Positions 9,882-21,100 of a DNA stretch of 64,000 nucleotides are shown in pieces. This DNA is from a virus. Lineage: Duplodnaviria; Caudoviricetes. Positions within the stretch are counted from its first letter, which is position 1. Each line of letters opens with the position of its first letter. The position numbers and the translations under genes were made by a program. The notes below the pieces were generated by a model that worked only from the letters and a program-made list of their open reading frames with translations, was not told the origin of the DNA and made no database searches. The DNA lies in the IMG/VR virus record IMGVR_UViG_3300017721_001026, positions 89,809-153,808 of that record. One strand, 5' to 3'.

Positions 9882-11873
9882 TTAGACTAATGATTGTTTG
9901 CTATATCTGTAAGTTGTAATTCCATTTACTCCAGTTTCGGTAGTTAATGAAAGACTTACAGTTCCTCCAGAAATTGTTGCTCCAGCACCTATTAGAAGAG
10001 TATTGCTAAAGAAAATGTCAGACTCTTGTGTGTATACATCATTATCATCGTGCATAATGATTACTTTTTGTGATTGAATACCATTTGCATGTTGTATCCA
10101 CAATTTGTATTCAACAACCTTATAATCTGAAGCACTAAATGATGCTACATTTGTTGATACTCCAGCAGAAGCAGTAAAGGTTCCTAAACCAGAAGCAACT
10201 TCATAGGAATCTCCAACCTTTAATTTAGTTGTTGATTTAATGTTTCCACCAACTGTTAAAGTATCTGTAATAAATGTAGTATTAATACCAGTACGTCCAT
10301 CAGAATCGCAAAGGTATCTTACATCACCAAGTCCATTTGCAAGAACAATATATCCACTATTTGATGGACTATATGATAAATCCAATCCACCTTCATTTCC
10401 ATCAAATTTACCTATAATAACATTACCATAACTTGTTGTTAAATCATTACCCGCATAGGAACCAAGAAATACATTATTACTATGGTTTGAAGTTCCTGCT
10501 AAATATCCTGCTCTATATCCAACAAAAGTATTAGTGAATGTAGAGTTGGTGCCACCAGTTTCTCTTCCAACTTTTACAGCATAGTTGGTTCCAAAGTTAT
10601 CACCAAATATAACTCTTGAATTACCGTAACTATTAAGTCTGATCTCACTAGCTTCAATATCACCAGAAACATCTAGATCACCATTAATATCAACATCATT
10701 TTGGAATGTAGAAAGACCAGAAACTCTTAAAGTATCAGTCTCAGTGTGACCCGTTACATCAATACCAGTACCAGTGGTCTCAAACTTCGTAGCACCAGCA
10801 TAATGAAGCTTAACACCAGCATTTGATAAGCATTCAATCCATGCTTGATTAGCATTGGCATTGTCTTGAATGTATAGTTCCGTACTTCTGATGTAAAGAT
10901 CACCAGTGCTATTATTTTGAAGCATTGTATGATATCCACCAGCACCATCAGAACTGCTTGAGATAATTGTATTATTGCTTACTGTAAGGGTTCCCGTTAC
11001 ATCTACACCAGCAGAAGTAGTTTCAAGTTTCTTGGAGTTATCATAGAAGAGTTCTACCTGTCCATCTTCATATGCGATAATTCCATCTTCACCAGATTTT
11101 GGTTGAATGAAGATTCTATTAGTTCCAGATGCGTTAGTATCTCTAATGTATAATTCACCAGTAGCATTATCAATATAACCATCAGATCCATTATGATAGA
11201 TTTCAAAATCATCATCAGCACCGAAGACTGCTTTATCACCGTCTCCAAGATTCACATCACTAGTAAAGGTTGATACACCAGAAACACTTAGATTAGTTAA
11301 ATTTGATTGATTACTAACATCTATATTTGTGAAATATGAATTTCCTGAAGTAGAAAGACCTACAATATTACCTGATCCTCCTCCACCAGATGGTGAGAAT
11401 TCCACCCATTGTGAAGAATTGCCGTCATTATAACGAATAAATCCTTTAGCAAGATCACTGCTCCACCATAAAGTATTATCAGTTGCTGGAGATGGTGCTG
11501 CATCACCAATAGATACGTTAGCAATACCACTTAGAGTAGATCCATCTCCATAATATGATACTGCAGTGATAATACCAGTAACAATATTTGCAGTATCTCC
11601 AGCACCGACTACACTACCATCAGACTTTACAAAAGTAGTAGCACGAATTGTTCCACTAACATCAAGTGCTTGTTGCGGAAAAGTGCTACCAATACCTACA
11701 GAATATCCACTCCCAACAATGACATCTGATTGAACTTTACCTCCAATCGTAACATCCGTACTAATCGCAACAGTACTTGCGTTTAGGTTTAGGTTAGTTG
11801 GACTAGTTAAATTTGGGGTGCCAGATGAACCAATAAGTTCTATCTTCTTTACACCAAAATCCTTATTGGCCAT
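9882..11873 (-). CDS. Tail-fibre-like virion protein
   Basis: 663 aa; KxETTxxGxDVTG repeats; N-terminus shared with the 928-aa ORF, C-terminal domain shared with the 1104-aa ORF. Confidence 0.8.
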   Translation of the reverse strand: MANKDFGVKKIELIGSSGTPNLTSPTNLNLNASTVAISTDVTIGGKVQSDVIVGSGYSVGIGSTFPQQALDVSGTIRATTFVKSDGSVVGAGDTANIVTGIITAVSYYGDGSTLSGIANVSIGDAAPSPATDNTLWWSSDLAKGFIRYNDGNSSQWVEFSPSGGGGSGNIVGLSTSGNSYFTNIDVSNQSNLTNLSVSGVSTFTSDVNLGDGDKAVFGADDDFEIYHNGSDGYIDNATGELYIRDTNASGTNRIFIQPKSGEDGIIAYEDGQVELFYDNSKKLETTSAGVDVTGTLTVSNNTIISSSSDGAGGYHTMLQNNSTGDLYIRSTELYIQDNANANQAWIECLSNAGVKLHYAGATKFETTGTGIDVTGHTETDTLRVSGLSTFQNDVDINGDLDVSGDIEASEIRLNSYGNSRVIFGDNFGTNYAVKVGRETGGTNSTFTNTFVGYRAGYLAGTSNHSNNVFLGSYAGNDLTTSYGNVIIGKFDGNEGGLDLSYSPSNSGYIVLANGLGDVRYLCDSDGRTGINTTFITDTLTVGGNIKSTTKLKVGDSYEVASGLGTFTASAGVSTNVASFSASDYKVVEYKLWIQHANGIQSQKVIIMHDDNDVYTQESDIFFSNTLLIGAGATISGGTVSLSLTTETGVNGITTYRYSKQSLV

Positions 11874-11887
11874 AAGTCTTTTTTAGT

Positions 11888-11894
11888 TATTTAT
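11888..11894 (-). promoter_or_regulatory. Late promoter motif (ATAAATA)
   Basis: 15 nt upstream of the ATG at 11873. Confidence 0.6.
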
Positions 11895-14809
11895 TAGAAT
11901 GTGAAAGTAATGCCTTCTAGAGATAATTTAGGTTTCGCAGCAAGACCAAATGTAGGCAATTGCTCAGTATAATTTGTTTCCACTTCAGCATCAGTAAATG
12001 CTCTTCTATAGAATCTTATAGCACCAATGGTTCCATTAAATGAATAGGAACCAGAAGCTGAATATTTTCCAATTAAAACATCTGAGAGTGTTGCATTTAT
12101 ATTTGGACTATAAATTTTAGTTGTTTCATCTTTAACATTATCAAGATAAAAACTAATCATATTGCCAGATCTAGTTACTACAGCATGATGCCAAGTGTTA
12201 AGAGAAACTGTGTTTGAATGACCAGCTGTCATTCCACCATAAGTTTCACTATTATCTAATTCATACACAAGTGTATTACTATTATTGACATAAAATATAA
12301 ACTTATTACTGCTATTATTAAATGTTGACCAACTAGAGAATAATGCAGATGGATAAGCTCCATTTGGAGTTGCAGTCATATAGAACCATGTTTCAAATGT
12401 AAAGTCACCTATTGTTTGAAAATCAGATGTTTTTGCAAATGATCCATAGTTACCATTACTAAAGACATAACCATATCCATTATAAGTTACACCAGAAGTT
12501 AAAGTTACATGATGACTATTTTTAGCACTGTTATACCAACTGGTTGTATTCGATGAGTGATTTCTACCATCCAATTCAAGAACTAAATCTTGCCTACTAG
12601 CAAGTTGTTCTTCAAGTCTAATAGTTACTGTCATTAGTGATGATTCATCACTTGGTGCATTGCCAGTTAATGCATCCCAAAGAATTTTTCTAGGACCACC
12701 TTGTAAATTTATTTCAGAATTCCAATTAGAACTACTTGATGTCGTAGCTTCAGTTCCTTGGTAAAAAAGATCATCACTTGATTGATCTGTAACTTCAGTT
12801 TCTAACCAATTCTTAAGATTTGCCCAAGTCCAATCTCTGTTGTACTGCATCTTGGTAGCAAATAGTCCCGCACCAACAGGACAGGCAGAACTTGTACCAT
12901 TAAAAAATTTATCATATGATGTAAGAGATTGTGTACCACCAGATTCCACTATATTATAATTTGAATCCAATCTATAACTATTATCATTTCTTTGATATCC
13001 ACTAGATGACTCACCTCCTTGAGCACCAATAGAACCATCACCAATAGTATAAAAATCTACAGCATTTCCCATATTACTATATGTTGCTTTCTGTTCTTGA
13101 TAAGTACCATCAAAGTTATTGTCAGTATCATCGTCAAGAGCACCAACATTGAATGTACGATATACATCTATTCCAGTACCATTATAATTTTGTACGCATC
13201 CAATACAAGCAGGATTTCCAGGACGATTGACCATTTCTTCATTTGACTCTGCACTTGATAGTGTTCTAGCACTTGAAGAACTTACATAATTATTATAATC
13301 TGGATGATCACCTTTAACCTGTTTGTTGTTATTATTTCCTGAAGAAGAAAGCCATATTACTCCAGAATCGAGCATTGCTGCTCCTTCAATCATTGTACTG
13401 TCACTAGGTGGATACCATCTAGCATGTTTGTTACCACTATAAAAATATCTTAACCAATTTGGAGAACTAACGTTGCTTCCTGATACACTAATTGTTTCTT
13501 CACCAGTTCCATTACCAGGAGTACGAAAATAAGCATAACTACCATTATAAAAAGATCTTGTGCTACCCCAACTATTAGAAGAAATTGTGGGATTTTTTGT
13601 ATTATCAGATGTTCTATTTGGTTTTAAATCATGAAAAACTTTTATTACTTCGTACAATTTATCTGTGCTTATTGCTCCAAAAGACCAAATTATACTAATA
13701 TACCATTTATTGGAATTGTAAGCCCACCCATGAGTTTTTCCAAATGCTTGTGACATACATGGAGTGCCATGAGTTGCTGTAGTACCATCATAATTGCCTG
13801 TATGTAAAGTATCAAGATCTCCATTATGTCTTGCTTCAGTATAATTCGACGAAACATTTATTTCACCAAAATCTTCATTACTTCCTATAACAGCAGTTCC
13901 ACCAGATATATTTGAACTCACATACTTTGCAGATCTATATGTTGTACTTTCATTCCCCCACCAATCTACTGCTGCAGATTCAACAGGAAGAGTAGTCCCA
14001 TCCCAACGAACCCTTAATCTATTACCAGCATCTGCTTCAAAAAAATCTGGGTCAATATAATAAGGTGCAGATAAAATTACATCCAATACACCACATACTC
14101 CTGTTGTAGCAGAAGGAGCAAATCCACTTTTTAATACATTTGTTCCGACAAAATTGGTTGGTTCTCCTACACCAGTTTTTATGAATTCAATATGACCTAA
14201 CCATGCTGCACTATCACAAACAATAAGATCAACGTCAGTTCCATCTCCATACTGTTCAGGATTGTCTGTAATAATATTATTATCACTTTGAGTTTTCCAA
14301 GGATTATCTAAAGTTTGATGTCTATAAATTTGAGCGGCAGTTTTAGATAACCAAGTACTATCAACTCCAGTATAATATCCAGATGCTGAGTTATCTCTTG
14401 AAATTTTTACATCGCCACCATATCTAGGAGTTTTACTTGAGGGATCTGACATTAAAAAAGTATCACGACCCTTGTAAGTGCCTTCATAATATCCTTCATC
14501 AATATTAACACCAATAACTTTTGGGTGATTTTTTAATTGCTCTGCTTCTGCGTCTGACATCTCATATGATCCAATCCTATCACAAGTTTTCTTTGGATTG
14601 ATACAATCTATTTTTCTATTTGGAATACCATCAATTTCATTTTCATTAATGATGTAATTGTGAATTTCATTCCAATCTCCTGCATTAACACATGCCACAC
14701 AAAAAACTTTTGGTCCAGTTTCTGGAACAAAAAGCAATCCTTCTGCTTTAGCAGATTCTATTCTTCTTTCTTCATATGCATCATAATCAAAATCAGTTGT
14801 TATAGACAT
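11894..14809 (-). CDS. Subtilisin-like (S8) serine protease with C-terminal LamG domain
   Basis: 971 aa; LIVCDS (Asp), HGTPC (His), SSGN (oxyanion Asn), FNGTSSACP (Ser); LamG motifs FTFETW...WHHAVVTR...FYLD...IRFYRRA. Confidence 0.85.
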   Translation of the reverse strand: MSITTDFDYDAYEERRIESAKAEGLLFVPETGPKVFCVACVNAGDWNEIHNYIINENEIDGIPNRKIDCINPKKTCDRIGSYEMSDAEAEQLKNHPKVIGVNIDEGYYEGTYKGRDTFLMSDPSSKTPRYGGDVKISRDNSASGYYTGVDSTWLSKTAAQIYRHQTLDNPWKTQSDNNIITDNPEQYGDGTDVDLIVCDSAAWLGHIEFIKTGVGEPTNFVGTNVLKSGFAPSATTGVCGVLDVILSAPYYIDPDFFEADAGNRLRVRWDGTTLPVESAAVDWWGNESTTYRSAKYVSSNISGGTAVIGSNEDFGEINVSSNYTEARHNGDLDTLHTGNYDGTTATHGTPCMSQAFGKTHGWAYNSNKWYISIIWSFGAISTDKLYEVIKVFHDLKPNRTSDNTKNPTISSNSWGSTRSFYNGSYAYFRTPGNGTGEETISVSGSNVSSPNWLRYFYSGNKHARWYPPSDSTMIEGAAMLDSGVIWLSSSGNNNNKQVKGDHPDYNNYVSSSSARTLSSAESNEEMVNRPGNPACIGCVQNYNGTGIDVYRTFNVGALDDDTDNNFDGTYQEQKATYSNMGNAVDFYTIGDGSIGAQGGESSSGYQRNDNSYRLDSNYNIVESGGTQSLTSYDKFFNGTSSACPVGAGLFATKMQYNRDWTWANLKNWLETEVTDQSSDDLFYQGTEATTSSSSNWNSEINLQGGPRKILWDALTGNAPSDESSLMTVTIRLEEQLASRQDLVLELDGRNHSSNTTSWYNSAKNSHHVTLTSGVTYNGYGYVFSNGNYGSFAKTSDFQTIGDFTFETWFYMTATPNGAYPSALFSSWSTFNNSSNKFIFYVNNSNTLVYELDNSETYGGMTAGHSNTVSLNTWHHAVVTRSGNMISFYLDNVKDETTKIYSPNINATLSDVLIGKYSASGSYSFNGTIGAIRFYRRAFTDAEVETNYTEQLPTFGLAAKPKLSLEGITFTF

Positions 14810-17800
14810 CAGAGCATTGTCTCCCTTACTACTCTATATGTAACAATACCACTAACTCCTGTCTGTGGAGTCCATAGTAATTCACAAGTTCCAGAAGTGA
14901 TAGATGCACCAACAGAAACTAAAAGATCATTATTATACATGATAGCATATTCTTGAGCATATGCTGTGCTTCCATCATTCATCACAAGAACTTTCTGAGA
15001 TTGAATTCCAGAAGAATGTTGGAAATATAATGTATATTCTGCAGTCTTGAAGTCATCAGTTGCAATTACCCAAGAAGCATCACCCGTTGTAGTAACACCA
15101 GAAGATGCTGTGAATGTTCCATAGTCAGTGTAAACACCATAGACTTCTTCAACTTGTAGAGGTGTTCTTGGATTGGTGGTTCCGAGACCAACATGAGCTG
15201 CTGTTGTATGTATACCAGCATTAGTCTGGTTGTTATCGAAGTATCCAGTTCCACTTCCACCACCAGCAATAATACCAGTTAGATTTGATCCATCACCATA
15301 GTAAGTTGTTGCAGTTACAGCACCACCAACAGTTAGAGTATATGTTTCAGATGCATCTGTACCAACACCAACTCTTCCATCATCAATAGATAATCCTAGA
15401 ACACTAGATGGACCTGTTTTAAACAACCACTCATCATCGGCATAATTGTAAAATGCCATCTGTTGCTGGAAAACTCCAGTGTTATCAGTTTTTTCTATGG
15501 CAAAATATTGTTCTGATGGTGGATTATTATTGAGGTGTACTAACTGAGTTCCATTTGAAGAGTTTAGAAGTTCAACTCTTGAACCTCTAAATTGAGATGT
15601 ATTATTTGTATATAAAGTTAATTCTGGATCACTTTTTGACGTACTATTATTTGTTAGTAGTGCAGTTTGATTAATTCCATTATCAATTGTAACATCACTT
15701 GTAAATGTTGTAATGCCACTGAAACGGAAACTTCCATTTACATTGATGTTACCAGTTCCGTTGATGGTTCTGCTATTGAGATCTAAGTTACCACCAAGTT
15801 GTGGTGTGGTGTCATTAATAACCTCTGCAGATGCAGCAGTAACAGTAACAACACCAGCAGTTGAAGAGGATACAGTAATTCCAGAACCAAAGTTAATTGT
15901 TCCAGCAGTACCTACAAGATTATCATTATCTTCAATGATGACTTCGGTGCCTCCACCACCACCTCCTCCACCTCCTCCAGAGATGAGAGTTGCAGTAATG
16001 CCAGTAATTCTTCCATCAGTCACCTCTATCTGTGGTGATACAGTAGAACCACCATAGGTTCCATCTGCAACATCAACTGTTGCAGTTAGACCAATACCTG
16101 ATCCATAGAACGATACTGCAGAAGAAATACCCGTAACGTATGTACCGTTAGGAGTTGTTCCAAATTTTTGAGAATTAGAATAATAAAGTCTTGTTGATCC
16201 ATTTTCTGTACTAGAAAGAACACTATCACCGTTTACCCTTAAATGTATATTAGCACCAGCATCAATAATCATGTTGGAATTTGAATCAGTCTCAATGCTG
16301 GCAATATTGCCATCATGACTGCTGAATCTCATGTAGACGCCATAAGGATTACCTGAGGCATGAGAAATTGATAGACTACCACCAGGATTTGTATCACTAA
16401 GGAAACGAACTTCACTTCCAGATCCATAATAACCCATGGTAAATGTAGTCATTCCAGACACATTCAGTCCATCTGTCTCAACATTACCAGTTACATCAAT
16501 ACCATCCGAAGTAGTTTCAAACTTCTTAGAATTATTATGGAAGAGACTTACACCAGCACCCACTCTAAAGGATGCCATTTCTTCAGTAGTTCCATACTGA
16601 CCAATCGTGACTGATGGGTTTGCTTCAATATTAAGACCACCAGTTCCTTGATCTTGGATGTAACTATTTGCACCATCAAAGTAAATCCTTAAGTCATTAC
16701 CTGCACCAAAGATTGCTTGATCATTATTTCCGAGTTGAATATTACCTTGGAAAGTTGCAGAATCTGTAAATGTTGATATACCATTTACTTGTAATCCACG
16801 AGTGCTAGTAACACCAAGATTAGAAAGTTGAGCAGATGATGGATTATATTGTAATTTTCCACCTAGATCAAATCTATTAAATGTATGTCCACCTTGTTCT
16901 GGATCTAGGAATAGTGCAATATCATAGTCATCACTATTAGATACACCTGCAGTAAATACTTTGTGTTGACCAACTAAGTCACCATCAAATCCTGTTGCAG
17001 TAACAATACCAGTAATTTGTAGGTTTGCAGTTTGAGTGATTGTGTCTGCAGATAGTGTGAAACCAGCACCAATTCTGATCTCATCATTAATACCATCAAT
17101 TGCAATACTAGAAGAACCAACAGTCAGAATACCAGTGATTCTTGCATCACCATTGACCAATAGTTGTGTTCCAGCAGCACCTACATGTCCAATTTCTACT
17201 TGGACTCGTGGATTTGTTGTGCCAAGACCAACTGCAGCACTGTCAGTGAAGATACCAACAGCAGAATCATCATTAAGTAATCCAAATACTCCTGATGGAC
17301 CATCAGCACCTCCACCTAGTCCAAGACCATATCCAGTAATATTAAGAGTAGAGATACCAGTGATATTAGAACCATCACCATGGAATTCTGTTGCAGTGAC
17401 AACACCTACACCAGCAATACCATTGTTGTTTAGATCTAAGTATCCACCAAGTTGTGGTGTTGGGTCATTAATAACAGCAGTTAGACCACCAGAGTCGATG
17501 TATGCTGTAACCAGACCTGTTGTTCCATCTAGGGTGACACCTAGACCAACGAAGTCAATAATATTAATTCTACCAGCAGTTCCACTATCGATACCTGCCT
17601 TTCTGACAGAAACACCAAGGATACCAGTGCTTCCTGCTCCTACACCAGCAGCACCATGAGCAATAACTTCAATCTCTTCTCCACCAAATGCAGCAGCAAA
17701 TAGTGTTATCGATCCACCACCCGAATTGATAGCATAATCACCTTCAGTAAGTTTTACACCATCTAGAAATATACTAGACAGTGGATACTCTGTAAGTAAG

Positions 17801-18123
17801 AAACTACCAAAACTTCCCGTAGCAGGAACTCTTGTTTGTCCTGCGGTGAGTGTAATTCTTTGTGCTTGTCTATTGACGGGAAATGACTCCCATTTCCACT
17901 TGTCTCCAGTTGATTGTAAATATTGACCACTTACACCACTAGTTCCACCAGTTGATACTGGTGAGTATAAACCACCATCAATCTGTGCATCACCAATAAC
18001 GTCTAATGCATGTTCAGGTGTTCCTGAGTTAATGCCAACACGATTAGTTTCATCATTTGCATATAACAAGGTATTCGCAACTTCAAGACCATTGCGAACG
18101 ACAAAATTCTTGTTAATACCCAT
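14809..18123 (-). CDS. Tail-fibre protein
   Basis: 1104 aa; MGINKNFVVRNGLEV start; VGxGTTNP and VINDxTPQLGGxLDLN repeats. Confidence 0.8.
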   Translation of the reverse strand: MGINKNFVVRNGLEVANTLLYANDETNRVGINSGTPEHALDVIGDAQIDGGLYSPVSTGGTSGVSGQYLQSTGDKWKWESFPVNRQAQRITLTAGQTRVPATGSFGSFLLTEYPLSSIFLDGVKLTEGDYAINSGGGSITLFAAAFGGEEIEVIAHGAAGVGAGSTGILGVSVRKAGIDSGTAGRINIIDFVGLGVTLDGTTGLVTAYIDSGGLTAVINDPTPQLGGYLDLNNNGIAGVGVVTATEFHGDGSNITGISTLNITGYGLGLGGGADGPSGVFGLLNDDSAVGIFTDSAAVGLGTTNPRVQVEIGHVGAAGTQLLVNGDARITGILTVGSSSIAIDGINDEIRIGAGFTLSADTITQTANLQITGIVTATGFDGDLVGQHKVFTAGVSNSDDYDIALFLDPEQGGHTFNRFDLGGKLQYNPSSAQLSNLGVTSTRGLQVNGISTFTDSATFQGNIQLGNNDQAIFGAGNDLRIYFDGANSYIQDQGTGGLNIEANPSVTIGQYGTTEEMASFRVGAGVSLFHNNSKKFETTSDGIDVTGNVETDGLNVSGMTTFTMGYYGSGSEVRFLSDTNPGGSLSISHASGNPYGVYMRFSSHDGNIASIETDSNSNMIIDAGANIHLRVNGDSVLSSTENGSTRLYYSNSQKFGTTPNGTYVTGISSAVSFYGSGIGLTATVDVADGTYGGSTVSPQIEVTDGRITGITATLISGGGGGGGGGGTEVIIEDNDNLVGTAGTINFGSGITVSSSTAGVVTVTAASAEVINDTTPQLGGNLDLNSRTINGTGNINVNGSFRFSGITTFTSDVTIDNGINQTALLTNNSTSKSDPELTLYTNNTSQFRGSRVELLNSSNGTQLVHLNNNPPSEQYFAIEKTDNTGVFQQQMAFYNYADDEWLFKTGPSSVLGLSIDDGRVGVGTDASETYTLTVGGAVTATTYYGDGSNLTGIIAGGGSGTGYFDNNQTNAGIHTTAAHVGLGTTNPRTPLQVEEVYGVYTDYGTFTASSGVTTTGDASWVIATDDFKTAEYTLYFQHSSGIQSQKVLVMNDGSTAYAQEYAIMYNNDLLVSVGASITSGTCELLWTPQTGVSGIVTYRVVRETML

Positions 18124-18171
18124 CGATTCTCCTGGGGTTCACTCTCCCCCCGATTTAAATTTTACTAATGC

Positions 18172-18178
18172 TATTTAT
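18172..18178 (-). promoter_or_regulatory. Late promoter motif (ATAAATA)
   Basis: Intergenic, upstream of a G/C hairpin and the AGGAG RBS of the 1104-aa gene. Confidence 0.55.
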
Positions 18179-18198
18179 GCTAATTCAATCAGAAGAAA

Positions 18199-21100
18199 CT
18201 ATTTCAGTTTAGTATAGGAATTTCCACAGTTATCTCTGTTATTGGTTGATTTAGTTCCTTTAATAGAATTTGAAATAGCACTATACAGAGCATTTAAAGT
18301 TTGATAATTCTGTGGTTGGTCTCTATATCTATTGTACCAGGTTCCCATTTCAGGACCAGTTGGTGGGTAGTTTCTTGTATCCCAGTATGCCGCACCAATT
18401 TTTAAGAACACCTGAACTTTAGTTGCTTTTTCATATGAAATAGTATATTTAATAGCTACAGCACCATGACCACCACTTCCTCCACCATTGCCACATCCAC
18501 CACCAGATCCACCTCCACCAAAGTCTTGTCCACGAGCTCCTTCTTCTCTTCCTCGATCCTGTCTATTACTTCCATTACACTCACCTCCGAAACCAGAACC
18601 TTGTCCTGGTCCACCTTGATCGCATGGTCTTGAACCCCTATCGGCTACTCCACTAGAACATGCTCCACCATATATTCTTCCAGCACCTCCACCATGTCCA
18701 CCTTCATCACCTCTTCTACTACCACCATTATCTCCACTTCCAGCACCACGTCCTGAACCACCTCTGCCTCCACCTCTTTCATCTCCACCACCACCTCCAT
18801 CTGCTTGAGCTGTGTCTCTCTGTCTTGTTCCTCGGATTTGAATATAAGAACTTTCTCCACTTTCACCAGATCTTCCACCACCATTACCACCCCTACCTGC
18901 TCGGAAGATAATTGTATCACCACCTTCTGCTTGATTCCATTCTTTTTTGAAGGCACCACCACCTCCTCCTCCACCTGCTCCTTCTTCAGTGTTCTCTTTA
19001 CCACCAGCTCCACCACCAGCAATACCTTTTGCCTCTACTGCTATTGTTCCTGCTGGTAGAATAAATGATGTATTTTTTTGATTTTGAAATCTATCAATAC
19101 GACCAGTTGTAGTAGTCTCTCTTTTTCCACCAGTTGTTCCATTACAATTACTAACACCAGTTACACCCATTCTATTATCACCTTGAGTTCCACGGAATCT
19201 TGTAGTATTTAATGTACATCCACCAACTGAATATGTACCTCTTTCTACTTTACAATCTTTTGTTTTTACCTTGAAGGTTTTACTAACTCCACCAATGTTC
19301 ATTGTGGCAGTTTTTGTAGTGTTGAAAGAATTGGATGCATTCATCTTAATTCTTAGATCGTTACAAGAAGTTCCATTAGATACAGTTTTTGTTGTAGATC
19401 CATTAAGGAATGTAGCACCACCACCACTAACTTTAGCAGTTACACTGATACCAGGAGATAGACCATGAACAGAATTTGTGGGAGAAGAAGTAAATTTTGG
19501 TTGAGATTCTCTTTTTTCACCAAGATTTCGGTTAGTTTCACTTGATGGATTCATATTATAATTATCAATTGTTGTATCATCAACTACTGTTACCGAGTCA
19601 TTACCATTATCGGTTTCACCAGTCCCATCATCTTTAACGGTGATTGACCAATTGTAATTACCATTGTTCGGCATATTTACCGATGTACTACCAGATAATG
19701 CAGTAATATTATTAAAACCTAGTCCACTACTAGATATTACTTTATCAGCATCAATAGAAGACCATGTAATTGTTACATTGTTTCCAGTAGTTACGTTTCC
19801 TGGAGTTGCAGTAAGAGTTACTGATGGTTTGAATCTGAATGTAACAGATTTAGAAACTGTTTGTGGATTTACTCCAGCACCAAATGCTTTGGCAGTATAA
19901 ACTTCACCATCAGATGAAGGTGTTACAGTATCATTTCCACTTTGCTTATCATTAGTATTAAATCCAGTTCCTTTCGTTGCTTGGACTTTAACTGCATTAG
20001 TTGAAGACCAATACAATTTTGTACTATTATTTCTCTTAATATTAAAAGTGGTTGCACAACTACTTGTGGGAGGATTTTTGTTTACACAGAAGAATAATGT
20101 CGGTGCTGGCGGAGTTCCAGTAATAACATTGATTGAATCTGTTGTAGTTCCAGTACAATTAGAAACCGATAATGTAAATGTGCTTTGTCCACTTTGTAAA
20201 TTACTTACATTTCTAGTTCCAGTTTTTGTTTGATCACCAAGAGTTGTTACACTAATTGAAGATAGATTACCAAATCCACCAGGACCAGTAGCATTTACTG
20301 AACTATCTGTAACATGAGTATATTCATACTGAACCGTCGTACTTCCACCATCAGGGAAAACAAATGGTGGATTTAAATTGGTAGCAGATAGATTTAATGT
20401 TGGTTTTGGTGGTGAAGGTGGTGATATTGTCCAGTTTGCAGTTTGTGAAGAACCTGAAGTTGTAAATGCTGCAGATAGAGATACTGTTGTAGTTCTGGTT
20501 TCGCAGAAATACGGAGTTATCATATAAACTTCAATAATATCTCCTATTTTTACATCATTTAACGTTGTTCCTTGCAGATTAGTTCCTTTTTTCTTAAGGA
20601 ATGAGTTAGAATTTGATGTAGTTGCGATAATATTACAATCAAATTCAAATGTCCCACCAACCGTAAATTCTACTTTTGCTTGATCACCAGGATTTAACGT
20701 TGATGATGCCTGAGATACATTTGGTAAATTAAATGCACTTATACCACAATCTCTAGACTTTGATGTTACGTTCCAGGTATCCGTTGTAGATCCATTAACT
20801 CCACTGAGAATTGTAAATGTATTTGTACCAGAAACAGTGAAAGTAGCACTTGCAGTGCCTTGAGATTGTGTTGCTGATAATAATCTCAGTTGAATTTGAT
20901 CACCAAGTTGAACTCCAAATGATCCATTAGTCCAACTTTGTACTATTGAACCATTTCTGGTGACTTGATACCTTGCATCGGATCCAGTAGATCCAGAGAT
21001 ACTTGCAGTGCCCTCATCACCAAAAGCAGTCATACCTGCTAAGGTGATTGTGTTACTATAAATTAATTCGTTTCTTAATACGTTTGTTTGATCATTAAAT

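Noticed and set aside
18460-19020. CCA/CCT-rich simple repeat as a non-coding element
   Set aside because: Explained by Gly codons of the 1353-aa protein's Gly-rich domain.
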